64,000 nucleotides of DNA from Antedon mediterranea (Eukaryota; Animalia; Echinodermata): positions 18,696,912-18,760,911 of the forward strand of contig NC_092675.1 in NCBI RefSeq assembly GCF_964355755.1, in the 5' to 3' direction. The translations under genes were made by a program, and so were the position numbers. Below, in pieces: positions 52,010-63,464 of the stretch. Numbering within the stretch: the first letter of the stretch is position 1; each line of letters begins with the position of its first letter. Below the pieces are notes generated by a model. The model had not been told where the DNA came from and did no database searches. It saw nothing but the letters and a program-made list of their open reading frames with translations.

Positions 52010-52701
52010 GTCGCCATGAGAGGTTAGGGTGTTTGTGCATTTATGTTTAAAGCTAAATAAGCTATTGTTTCATCCAAAGTATAGATTTAAACTCGTCACC
52101 ATGACGAGTTTGTATTTTGTGTATTTATGTTCAAAGTGATAAGCTATTGTTTCATCAAAAGTATATATGTGAACTCGTCACCATGACGAGTTAGTGGTTT
52201 GTGCATTTATGTTTAAAGCTAAATAAGCTATTGTTTCATCCAAAGTATAGATGTAAAACTCGTGACTATGACGAGTTAGTGTTTTGTGTATTTATGTTCA
52301 AAGCTAAATAAGCTATTGTTTCATCCAATGATAGCTGTGAAACTCGTCACCATGACGAGTTAGCGTTTTGTGCATTATGTTGAAAGCTAATTAAGCTATT
52401 GTTTCATCCAAAGTATAGAGGTGAAACTCGTCACCATGACGAGTTAGTGTTTTTGTGTATTATGTTGAAAGCTAAATAAGCTATTGTTTCATCCAAAGTA
52501 TTGATGTGAAACTCGTTACCATGACGAGTTATTGTTTTGTGCATTTATGTTGAAAGCTAAATAAGCTATTGTTTCATAAAAAGTATAGATGTGAACTCGT
52601 CACCATGACGAGTTATCGTTTTGTGTATTTATGTTCAAAGTGATAAGCTATTGTTTCATCCAACGTATAGCCTAGATATGAACTCATCACCATGACGAGT
52701 T
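52010..52701. repeat. Minisatellite, ~81-87 bp unit x ~8, each unit with the palindrome AACTCGTCA-CCA-TGACGAGTT
   Basis: Palindromic cores at about 52091, 52172, 52257, 52342, 52425, 52510, 52594 and 52681; the intervening sequence is also conserved. Confidence 0.93.
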
Positions 52702-53342
52702 AGGAGTTTCGTTATGTTACAGCAGTGTGCGTTTTACCAAGAGTGACAACTTGAGCACTCAAACAATGTAATATCGTTCATACATCCTAATAGCCAATTA
52801 TCCTATTTCTGTGTAAAGCCCAGATGTTTAATAATAACTCTGCCAATTCCCATTTTAATAACACGTATTATACTAAGGGTCCCCATGTGTTCGCATGTTT
52901 CGAATCTCACAAATACATCTATTTTTAAAATTAAGTATCGCTTGTGTAGTTACATTTTAAGATTTTTTCTCAGTATTTGTAGATTTTGTTTACGAAAAGT
53001 GTCTAATGAGAATTACCATAACAATGTTGGATGCAAAATTGAAATGAAACGTGTTTTAACCAGAAGTTTAACATAAAAAGTCGTTTCATTCATGAAAAAT
53101 GGGAATGATTTAGGTCCTACCCTAAGCTTTCGCTAAACTTATACTTAGAATGTTTCTTTTTTTTCATGTTGCTGTATCAGATCGATGTACACACAGCAGG
53201 CGTACGTGAATAAAACTGATTGGTACGGGAACAGATTGTTTTCTTTTCTTTTTCCTAAACTGAAAAAAAGTTAAAAAATACTTAAAAGTACTTTTGTAGT
53301 GATCAACTTTATTTTAATTAAATAAAATTATTAAAATATATA

Positions 53343-54422
53343 TGTAAGGATGTGGACGACAACACAAAAGGAAAAACACGCTTTTTCTCACTTTTACCAC
53401 GGTCCGGTGGTGTATTTGGTTTTAATTTGTTTTTAGCATAACAATAGAGATCAGTATGGTCCTGAAAACCACAAAATAAATACAATGAGAAACAAAAGTA
53501 AATAATATTCTAAAATACAAGCCAATTCTTAGTAACGACCTCAACTTAACAGGCGACTCTAATAAAAAGGATTCTCTCTGAGGACTGCGACTATTACGTC
53601 AAACGGCACGTCTACCTAAACAGCCTCTGTATACTTTGTTAGAGTATACAAATACCTAATTAATTACCTACACAATTGCATCATAAGTGCCTGAATATTA
53701 CTATTATATTACTAGAATAAATGCATGTTGGAATTTACTCACACTATTTGAATACTAAACTTAGTCTATTCATTGAATCAAGGAGTTATAATCTTAGGTT
53801 TGTGTAAAATATATAAATAACAAATCCATGGGCGCAGCCATTTTGTATGACAAATAGAGGGCGCACTACATGACGATCTATCACGAGCATGGTAGCCTCG
53901 TGTGTACAAATTAATCAAGTGTGAACTGTAGGATGAACTATTTTATACAAACTGTTAACTAGAAACTATCTTCTATAAACTAAACATTACTAAATCTATC
54001 TAAACATATTTTGTTAATACAAAGAAGGTTTATCACAAAAGTATAATTATATTATAACATTATATGGCATAAAATCCTAGTTCAAAGATTGTAACACAAT
54101 ACTATTCAATAGGCTTCCTAACTGCACATTCCATGAGTCAAGGTTAACCCAAAACAAATGTCTAGGCCTATGAATGCAATCATCTTAAAATACAACATTA
54201 ATGTTTCTTAAACATAACAGAATCTTATAAATGTATAACAAAGTAATATATGTAAAAAGTAGAGTAATTACCTTTTAATCAGATCTTTAATTAAGTAAGA
54301 GACAAAACTATCTGCTTCCTTGACCGGTTCATGAATACAAAAGAAAGCAAATCATTTGAAAAAGACTGTTACAATTATAGGGGGCAGTATTTAATTATCA
54401 CATGATTAGATTAATCCCCACA
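53343..54422 (-). repeat. 3' LTR
   Basis: TGTAAGGA...ATCCCCACA; preceded on the minus strand by PPT AAACAGGGGAG (54423-54433). Confidence 0.95.
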
Positions 54423-54732
54423 CTCCCCTGTTTAAGCTGAGTTTGTCCTCAAACTTAATATTATTCACAACAAGAAGAATCTTTTCAGCATTTTCAGAGT
54501 CAATGCCAGCATCATCAGGCCAGTCAGGGTAAACGTCCCCAGTACCATCGTCTTCAACAAAGGACTCTACACATTCCCCTTCGGCTCCCACAAAGTGTCT
54601 CATCTTCTTCTCTGGGAGAACATATACTGTGTTTCCATTACCATGGGCAGCACGCCTAGTTGCTTCTAGTTCGGCTCTTAGCTCATCAACCGTCCTCTGC
54701 ACATCTCGCAATGATGCCTTGCTTGCCATCAC
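54406..54732 (-). CDS. 108-aa chimeric ORF: Gypsy Gag N-terminus joined to an acidic tail from the element's 3' end
   Basis: ATG shortly after the PBS. A coiled-coil segment is followed by VYVLPEKKMRHFVG...VESFVED, a Gypsy Gag-like motif, and the ORF reads through the PPT into the LTR. Confidence 0.55.
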   Translation of the reverse strand: MMASKASLRDVQRTVDELRAELEATRRAAHGNGNTVYVLPEKKMRHFVGAEGECVESFVEDDGTGDVYPDWPDDAGIDSENAEKILLVVNNIKFEDKLSLNRGVWGLI

Positions 54733-54766
54733 TGATCTCTAATGTTAAAGCCAAATACGATCCACG

Positions 54767-54784
54767 ATCCCACTTCTGACACCA
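54767..54784 (-). promoter_or_regulatory. Primer binding site complementary to the tRNA-Leu 3' end
   Basis: Minus strand TGGTGTCAGAAGTGGGAT, 3 nt after the 5' LTR. Confidence 0.9.
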
Positions 54785-54787
54785 AAT

Positions 54788-55867
54788 TGTAAGGATGTGG
54801 ACGACAACACAAAAGGAAAAACACGCTTTTTCTCACTTTTACCACGGTCCGGTGGTGTATTTGGTTTTAATTTGTTTTTAGCATAACAATAGAGATCAGT
54901 ATGGTCCTGAAAACCACAAAATAAATACAATGAGAAACAAAAGTAAATAATATTCTAAAATACAAGCCAATTCTTAGTAACGACCTCAACTTAACAGGCG
55001 ACTCTAATAAAAAGGATTCTCTCTGAGGACTGCGACTATTACGTCAAACGGCACGTCTACCTAAACAGCCTCTGTATACTTTGTTAGAGTATACAAATAC
55101 CTAATTAATTACCTACACAATTGCATCATAAGTGCCTGAATATTACTATTATATTACTAGAATAAATGCATGTTGGAATTTACTCACACTATTTGAATAC
55201 TAAACTTAGTCTATTCATTGAATCAAGGAGTTATAATCTTAGGTTTGTGTAAAATATATAAATAACAAATCCATGGGCGCAGCCATTTTGTATGACAAAT
55301 AGAGGGCGCACTACATGACGATCTATCACGAGCATGGTAGCCTCGTGTGTACAAATTAATCAAGTGTGAACTGTAGGATGAACTATTTTATACAAACTGT
55401 TAACTAGAAACTATCTTCTATAAACTAAACATTACTAAATCTATCTAAACATATTTTGTTAATACAAAGAAGGTTTATCACAAAAGTATAATTATATTAT
55501 AACATTATATGGCATAAAATCCTAGTTCAAAGATTGTAACACAATACTATTCAATAGGCTTCCTAACTGCACATTCCATGAGTCAAGGTTAACCCAAAAC
55601 AAATGTCTAGGCCTATGAATGCAATCATCTTAAAATACAACATTAATGTTTCTTAAACATAACAGAATCTTATAAATGTATAACAAAGTAATATATGTAA
55701 AAAGTAGAGTAATTACCTTTTAATCAGATCTTTAATTAAGTAAGAGACAAAACTATCTGCTTCCTTGACCGGTTCATGAATACAAAAGAAAGCAAATCAT
55801 TTGAAAAAGACTGTTACAATTATAGGGGGCAGTATTTAATTATCACATGATTAGATTAATCCCCACA
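54788..55867 (-). repeat. 5' LTR
   Basis: Same length as, and identical by eye to, 53343-54422. Confidence 0.95.
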
Positions 55868-56615
55868 TATATAAATATTATCGCTTTACAATTCACATGA
55901 TATGATTATATAAAAAGGCACTTGAAATAACACATTATTAAAGCTATCATAAGAACATTGTAAACAGGAAGAAAAACAACTAAAACTAGTTTTGAAAAGA
56001 TTTATACTCATTTGTATTTACTATTTTGCTGATGTATGTTGCCATTCATTTTATTTAGTGCTGTGTTATTCACAAACAGGAATACGTAAACATTACATTG
56101 TCAGAGTACAAAATAAAATAACGTCTTAATCGCCAGGGAAACAGACCTCTTTAAGCTGAACGAGCTTAATTTGTAAAAAGCTGTTTCGTTTGTTCAAAGA
56201 TGTTTTATGATTACCCTGTTTCCTACACAATTTAGTTAAATTAAAACAAATTGTTAAGGGTTATTGAATTTATACATGATTTCTGTCGTTTTACATTTTA
56301 TCTTTTTGTATAGCATTGATATTAATATCGTTATTTGAGCTTGATCATTTTTCATGATACTTAAATAGCCCGTAGTCTACAATTAACAGTAACTAACTGT
56401 TGCAACAATTATTTTAATGCTTTTAGATTTTCAAGCAATTCATTTTGAATAAATCACCCTAGAATTCTTAACCCTTTATTAAAAAAGAAGTCAAATGCAG
56501 TAATTGAAATGCAAATCTAAGGAATGAGATCAAGAAGGCCTGGGCAAAAAAAGGGAAATTAACGAATTGCATATAAATCATTAATTGAATTACAGCATTC
56601 GCCCTTTTTTCTACT

Positions 56616-56767
56616 AAGTAACACTCTCCACTGTCAAACTTGATGTGACAAACAAATGTGATGTGCCCATGGACATGATGATATCATATCTCTATCATAC
56701 TTGGGCATAGCACTACCATATTTGGGCACATCTACTAGTTCGATGGCGTAGACATACAGTAGCTTAA
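56616..56767. mobile_element. Degenerate MITE family A copy
   Basis: CACTGTCAAACTTGATGTGACAAA...GTGATGTGCCCAT...CACTACCATATTTGGGCACATC...GTAGACA..AGCTTAA. Confidence 0.6.
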
Positions 56768-58807
56768 GTCGGGTAGCAGGAATCAATTGTATAATAGTGT
56801 CTATGACAATTTTAATTATATATGTCTGCTGACAGGTTGGATTCCAAAAGATATCGTTTATTCATACGTTTGTAATGAGATAAACCCACACAAGTTCCAA
56901 GATATAGATATTTAAATAATGGGGTAACATACAGTGATACAGAATCGAGCAATCATTGTTGGTCTCCCAAGTATCCGTGATGACGAAAAGATGTGGCAGC
57001 CTTTCAAACATGCATTAAAAACAAATAAGCATAATGAGCCAAATATCAATGTTGTCTACACATTTGAAATAAGACTAAAAATAATTTTGTTCGTGTCAAA
57101 AGTGTAGCGATATGTGATATATTTCACCAGTGTACAATAAAAATAAAGAATATCAACGTATATGAACGTAAGCTGTTCTTTAATTTCGACTATGTACAGT
57201 ATTATTTTTTATAAATTAAAAGCATAATTATTTAACGGTCTGTGTTTGTATATAGGCCTAGATTTGATTTCATTTTGTATTGTGTTCTTTTAAAGTTTTA
57301 AAAGTATAATCAAAGTAATAATGTGGAGTATGGGATGAATTAGACTCACTTAATTCACAATATATAATTTAAATTTGAAAGCTGATTTTTGATGTCTTTG
57401 AAATGAACGACTTAATGGGGAGTCTGTAATATTTTCATACTGTTAGGCACTCGATAAAAGAGATATTTCTAACACCACCTTACAAGCTAAGTGTGATGAC
57501 TTATCTTGTTTTCACCGATTACATAGAGAATATTACGATAAATGTACACATTTTATAATTTGTTTTGCTTATTTCTAATCCAAATGAAAAAGTATGCAAT
57601 TTGAATTCTGATACATTAATCCACTAAATACATTTACGTTTCTCCGAATTGTAAACAAATTTCAGATATTTAAAAACATGACTAGATAGGTACACGGACT
57701 ATTTTTTTTTCAGTAGTTCAACCCGATGTTACCATTGTGATTCATCAGAAAATAAAACGGTATGGACATATAATATATACATAGTGTTTAATTTAGCGCA
57801 AAAATAACTTTCTTAAATTAAAAAAAAATCAGCCAAAAACGTAATATTCAAGTTCCAATATATTCATTCATTCATTTAATCTTTTATTTATAAACCTCTG
57901 GTCCATAGAAAGTAAAAAATACATATAAATGAAATAAAATAAACAAGACTAATTACTAATACTCATCTCAGGATGACATTCACCCTGGAGAGCATCTTCG
58001 ACTTAACTAAGACGTTGCTTATAATCGTTGAGACTAAAACATTATATATATATATATATTTAACCACGCTGATAATGTTTTTTAAGATTTCACGCCCTGA
58101 AGGAAACAGCCACGAGGATCTTACAGTATAGTCTTTGTTAGTGCATACTTACAAACTTAAAAACAGGTGATAAATAAGAAGAACTTATCGTTCTATGCAT
58201 ACTATCATAAATCCCATGTTTGTACAAAAACCTTATACATTATTTGTGATTGGAAATCAGATTGCGTCAATGTCAAAACAAGATTTAGTACAAGACAATT
58301 TAGTGTCTAAATATAATTGCCCGTATTATTTGAATAGCCTCACTTTACTATCCATCCAATGCTTCAATAAAACCTTTAATATCCTCATAATATAAGTAAT
58401 CTAGATAAGATATATCGACAACGTACACACATTAAAATAAACCTACTGATGTTAAACATGTGTTTGTATTAGACATAGCAATAATTGTAAATCATAAACA
58501 ACTACATTGTATGGATCAAAATGCATTACCAATCCTAAATATCAAACGGAAATGGCAAAATTTAATGGTGTGAATTCAAATCCATAGTTCAACACTTTCT
58601 TGATTCATAGGTGACAGATGTCAGAAATCTTCAACATCTAAGTGACATTTTAACAAGGAACCCATTTTTTTGTTTTAAATAAAAGAGAAGGTAAGAATAA
58701 GTTATGCAATAAATATTTGATTTATGAAATATAATACATTGGAATGTTATGGTAAAATTTGTCATAAAGGTTAGTTGGTGCAAAAAGATAAGAATAACAC
58801 AATACAT

Positions 58808-61800
58808 CTTCCTCCTTGATTTTCTCATGATTTTTGATTTTTTTGCTGTTGTTTTGTTAACTTTTTGATGTCGTATTGTGTTATGTCTGTAATTTTGCTG
58901 TTGTTTAGTGGATTTAATCATTGCTTTTTTTCCGGACATTTCGATTCATTTCCTGATTTTCATCTTATTTTCGATGAAATCTGCTAGGCCTAGGCCTATG
59001 CCGGACCAAGCCTGCTCTACTTGCTCTACTAACAGTTGTATGCCTTGCTGTTCTCAACTCACGCCTGGTAGCACTAACAGCTGGATTCCTACCAGGCCTA
59101 GGCTTCGGCCTAGCAAGAGAGGAAGACGTGGTGGTTCTCATATTCATCGACGTATACCAGTGAGAATTAGTTATTATGCTTCTTTGCCTAACTCTAATAA
59201 AAGAAGAAAAAATTTTACTCATTTTCTGCATCGACAACTGATAAACATCCCATTATCAAATAATGTGGGTGCCAAGGATAGACCATCTTCTTGCCAACTA
59301 CCTTTGTTTTTACTTACCAATGCTCAATCACTTTGCAATAAACATGATGAATTGAGTTTGTTATTAAACACCCAAGGGGTTGATGTCGGAGTATTTACTG
59401 AATCCTGGTATGGACCTCATATATGTAATGCTCAAATTCATGTTCAAGGATATTCTTTTTTTGGCAAATGTAGAGAGGATCGACGTGGAGGCGGTGTGGC
59501 AATTTATGTGAAGGATAACATTGATTGTGCAATCCTTGACATCCCTGTACCACCTGAATTGGAAGTCATTTGGATAAACTTAAAATGTTCTCGTCTACCA
59601 AGAGGAATGTCATCAATCGTTGTTTGTGCTATCTACATCACAACAGACTCCCCATATCAACTTCTTCTTGAGCGGCATATTTGTGAAACGATAGACCTTA
59701 TTCGTTCTAGATCACTTCAGACTGGTTTTTGCATTATGGGCGATTTCAACAGAATGAACATTAACTACATTTTACGTAATAACTGTTTAAAACAAATTGT
59801 TAATTTTCCAACCCGTGAACTTGCTACATTAGACCTCATCTTGACTAATTTTGAAACTAAATACCATACCCCAGAAGCGATGTCTCCTCTTGGTTTTAGT
59901 GACCACATCTGTATTTTATGGAAACCTAAAGTTCAAGCTATCAAAAATGTTGTCAAATCTATAAGTGTTCGTCCCTTATATGATACCAGAATAAGATCGT
60001 TTGGCACCTGGATTGTATCTCAGAATTGGAATGATATTTATAGCTGCATTTCTACACAGAGTAAAGTTGATGCTTTCTATTACAAACTGATCACTGCTAT
60101 TAATAAGTTTTTCCCGTTGAAAAATATTAAAACGCACAATACTGATAAACCTTGGCTAACACAAAATATCAGAAATTCTATTTCTGAACGCCAAAAAGCG
60201 TTTAAATCCAATAACTTAACCCATTGGAAAGCTTGCAGAAACAAAGTCAAGAGGGAAATCATTAAAGCTAAAGTAAAATTTAATGTAGATAGAGTTAGAC
60301 ACCTGCAAAAAACTGACCCAGGTAAATGGCACCAACAGGTCAGAGTTATGACAAACACTAAGAAAATTGATCTCAATATACCAGTTCCTGAAATCTCTCC
60401 ATTGGATCATAAATCCATTGCTAATGTCATCAATGACTTGTTTACTAACATTAGTGCTCACATCCCTTTTCTAAATAAAACTCAACTCCCTGCATTCCTT
60501 CCCTCTGACAAACCTGCACCTAAACTTCATCCTTGGGATATTTATAAAAAATTAAGATCTATTAAAGAAAACAAGGCCTGCGGACCAGATTTGGTCCCAC
60601 CCAAAATTGTTAAATTATTTGCCATGGAGTTTTGTGAACCACTTTGTGATATACTCAACTGTTCTTTTTCTGAAGGCATTGTCCCTTCTCAGTGGAAAAA
60701 GGCAGTTGTAGTCCCTGTGCCCAAGGTTCAGCCTCCTACTATTGACAAACTCAGACCTATCTCCATTACTTCTGTGTTTGCCAAAGTAGCTGAGGAGTTT
60801 ATCACTGACTGGATCTTACAAGATATAAGTTCAAAAATCGATGTTAACCAGTTTGGAAATGTTAAGGGTTTGTCTACTGCTCATTACCTGACCCACTTGG
60901 TGCATTATCTCTGTCAAGGTGCTGAGAATAAGCACAATGTTGGTACCATGGTTCTTACTGATTTCTCCAAGGCCTTTGATCTTATCGACCATACCATCCT
61001 TGTTAATAAGATCATTGATATTGGTGTCAGGGGGGCTTTGGTACCATGGTTGTGTGATTTTCTTTTTATGCGTATGCAGTGTGTCAAATATAATGGTACC
61101 TTATCTAATTACTCTTACTTAAAAGCTGGTGTCCCACAGGGAACCAAGTTAGGCCCTTTATGTTTCCAGATCATGATCAACGATGCTGGTACAAATGCTA
61201 AAACTAAGTATCTGAAATATGTAGATGATCTTACATTTTGTGAAAATCGTAAGCTCTCATTGCCTGGTTTTTTACAAGATGATCTTAATTCTTTTTTCCG
61301 CTGGTGTAACGACAACTGTTTAGTGCTTAACCCCAAAAAATGTCAGGCCCTTAAGGTGTGTTTCAGTTCTACCCAACCTTCACACGTTGACATACACTTG
61401 GGAACTGATAAGCTCCAATATGTTAATAAAGCCAAGATCCTGGGAGTTTTTTTTCAAGACAACCTTAAATGGGACTGTCATATTGATTCCATCATCACTA
61501 AAGCTTCCAGGAAACTTTTCTTTTTACGATCACTAAAACGATTTGGTTTTAACATTGAAGAGCTTAAATTGACCTTTTGTGGTTACATTAGACCAGTTGT
61601 TGAGTATGCTGATGTTGTTTGGCATTCTGGCCTGTCTAGTAGATTAAGCGATTGTATTGAAAATGTTCAAAAGAGGGCTTGCCGTATAATGTTAGGCAAT
61701 GATTACTTTTCTTACTCTGGTGCCCTTGAATTTCTTAAATTAGAGACTTTGGCTCAAAGAAGGGTGGAGCATTGTCGCAAGTTCGCTGAGTATCTCCCCA

Positions 61801-62139
61801 AAATTAAACAAACAGCTGATTTAATCCCACCGACCAGACATAGCTGTCATGGTAGGAATTTAAGAAATAAAAACAAAATTACCCAGCTAGCGTCTAAAAC
61901 ATCCAGATTTACCAATAGCCCTATACCCTACTTCATCAAATTACTGAATTCTTAATTTTCTCCCCTGCTAGTTTGCGACTGCTCTCCCCTTCTTTGTTGT
62001 TTTTTTTGTTTTCATATTTTTTATATATATTTATATTTTTGATATGACATGTATTTTACACGCAATTTGGCTCTTAGCCACGAGTTGTAATTTTGGTCAA
62101 TTTTTTGATATTTGAAATAAAAGTGAATAATAATAATAA
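58808..62139 (+). mobile_element. CR1-group LINE (Rex1/Babar-, Daphne- or Crack-like) with a single intact ORF
   Basis: T-rich leader, EN-RT ORF, 3' UTR with AATAAA and (TAA)n tail; candidate TSD ACAT at 58804-58807 and 62140-62143. Confidence 0.88.
58974..61955 (+). CDS. APE endonuclease-reverse transcriptase, 993 aa from the first ATG
   Basis: Motifs NAQSL, TESW, GGGVAIY, GDFN, LDL and SDH (endonuclease); KACGPD, RPISIT, DFSKAFD, GVPQG and YVDD (RT); C-terminal RFTNSPIPY..KLLN. No internal stops. Confidence 0.95.
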   Translation: MKSARPRPMPDQACSTCSTNSCMPCCSQLTPGSTNSWIPTRPRLRPSKRGRRGGSHIHRRIPVRISYYASLPNSNKRRKNFTHFLHRQLINIPLSNNVGAKDRPSSCQLPLFLLTNAQSLCNKHDELSLLLNTQGVDVGVFTESWYGPHICNAQIHVQGYSFFGKCREDRRGGGVAIYVKDNIDCAILDIPVPPELEVIWINLKCSRLPRGMSSIVVCAIYITTDSPYQLLLERHICETIDLIRSRSLQTGFCIMGDFNRMNINYILRNNCLKQIVNFPTRELATLDLILTNFETKYHTPEAMSPLGFSDHICILWKPKVQAIKNVVKSISVRPLYDTRIRSFGTWIVSQNWNDIYSCISTQSKVDAFYYKLITAINKFFPLKNIKTHNTDKPWLTQNIRNSISERQKAFKSNNLTHWKACRNKVKREIIKAKVKFNVDRVRHLQKTDPGKWHQQVRVMTNTKKIDLNIPVPEISPLDHKSIANVINDLFTNISAHIPFLNKTQLPAFLPSDKPAPKLHPWDIYKKLRSIKENKACGPDLVPPKIVKLFAMEFCEPLCDILNCSFSEGIVPSQWKKAVVVPVPKVQPPTIDKLRPISITSVFAKVAEEFITDWILQDISSKIDVNQFGNVKGLSTAHYLTHLVHYLCQGAENKHNVGTMVLTDFSKAFDLIDHTILVNKIIDIGVRGALVPWLCDFLFMRMQCVKYNGTLSNYSYLKAGVPQGTKLGPLCFQIMINDAGTNAKTKYLKYVDDLTFCENRKLSLPGFLQDDLNSFFRWCNDNCLVLNPKKCQALKVCFSSTQPSHVDIHLGTDKLQYVNKAKILGVFFQDNLKWDCHIDSIITKASRKLFFLRSLKRFGFNIEELKLTFCGYIRPVVEYADVVWHSGLSSRLSDCIENVQKRACRIMLGNDYFSYSGALEFLKLETLAQRRVEHCRKFAEYLPKIKQTADLIPPTRHSCHGRNLRNKNKITQLASKTSRFTNSPIPYFIKLLNS

Positions 62140-63464
62140 ACATATTTGATATATGAAATGTAATACATTGGAATATTATGGTAACAATGACTATATTGTT
62201 CACTCAAAGCAAATTTGTCATAAAGTTAGTTTGTGCAAAAACCCTTCATTGACATAACATACTTTTCAATTTATAAAATAGTTGAAATTGTATCCATGAA
62301 TAAACATTGCACTAAATCTTTCAACGTTACGTATTTAATTTCAACGTATGTACAGAAAAGGAGGACATACAATAAGCAAGTTATTTAATATTAATAATTA
62401 AAAAACTTGGACCTACTTTTAGAAATAGCTTTCAATTGTGGAATAATTAATTTTCTTTTACGACAACATCTTTCAAAATCATTTGTTACATAAACGTGCT
62501 AGGTTACACCATAGTTCACATCATCAACATGACTTGTTATCTTCCCTGCCTTACCATCCAGGAGGCATGCATTTCACTCATGACAATTCAATTCAACAAT
62601 ATTCACAATATAATCGGAACCTCGCAGTCTGCCTGTTTATTTCTTTTATAGGTTTGTGTCTACAGTAGGTCTATTTAACTTTCTTTTATGTATTAACTAA
62701 TTGTTTTTTTTTCTCTCTATTCGTGTCTTAATATTACATAAGAACTCTTTATTAGACTGTTCGTCTGTGTTTTAAATATTAGGCCTAAGTGGTAGTGGTT
62801 GTGGTGGTAGTAGAAGTATTATTTAATTCAATAACGCTGATGATTTAACTATTTATTTCCTTCCTAATATTCTAATTTATTTTTACTTATAGGCCTACAT
62901 TGGCTAAAAATCTTCCCTTTTTACTCCTAGTAAAGAATGAACTGTTTTCGATTTGTTTGTTGTATAATAATCAGAGTGGAATGTTCGCACAATTAAAATA
63001 CGTCATCTTTTTTCATCATTATCATATCATTAAATAAATAGATTTAGTAAACCTACCTTTTGTCAATAGCTGATTGCAATAACATATATTTTCCACCAAA
63101 GTGTAAAATTGAGATATTAAACATAATCGCTTAATTTCGTAGGCTTAGTTATCAACATCTAATATTTTTTTCGTTGAAAAGGTCATGCTCTTTAAAATAA
63201 GAGACCTTTCGAAACCATTTTTTCCTTCGGGCCAAAGTAAATTTAATAACTGTAAATTGCCAAGAAATTATACAGTAACAGGTTAGGTTGGTATTAGACT
63301 ATACCATTAATAATCAGCTTTAATTCATGTTTGAAGGAAATGTGCAAGAAGGTTATAATATTAATAATATTTATTCGGCAAAAGTTCTTAAAAGTACAAT
63401 TTACAATTCATCTTGCCAGAAGCAAGTAATAGCATGAGACCAAAAAGAAAACTGATTTTACTAA

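Larger units (their letters stand above)
53343..55867 (-). mobile_element. Internally deleted Gypsy-type LTR retrotransposon (TRIM/LARD-like)
   Basis: Two 1080-bp TG...CA LTRs, 4-bp TSD TATA (53339-53342 and 55868-55871), PBS and PPT on the minus strand, 365-bp internal region. Confidence 0.95.

Noticed and set aside
52010-52701. CRISPR-like array of palindromic repeats
   Set aside because: The sequences between palindromes are near-identical rather than unique spacers, there are no cas genes, and the context is eukaryotic
58690-58800. Very long TSD around the LINE
   Set aside because: The two copies differ by several substitutions and a ~26-bp indel while the LINE ORF is intact, so the duplication predates the insertion
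1978-62668. Remaining short ORFs (60-100 aa), including those antisense to element ORFs and to the GPCR
   Set aside because: Low-complexity AT-rich translations, many with non-ATG starts and no motifs; expected by chance
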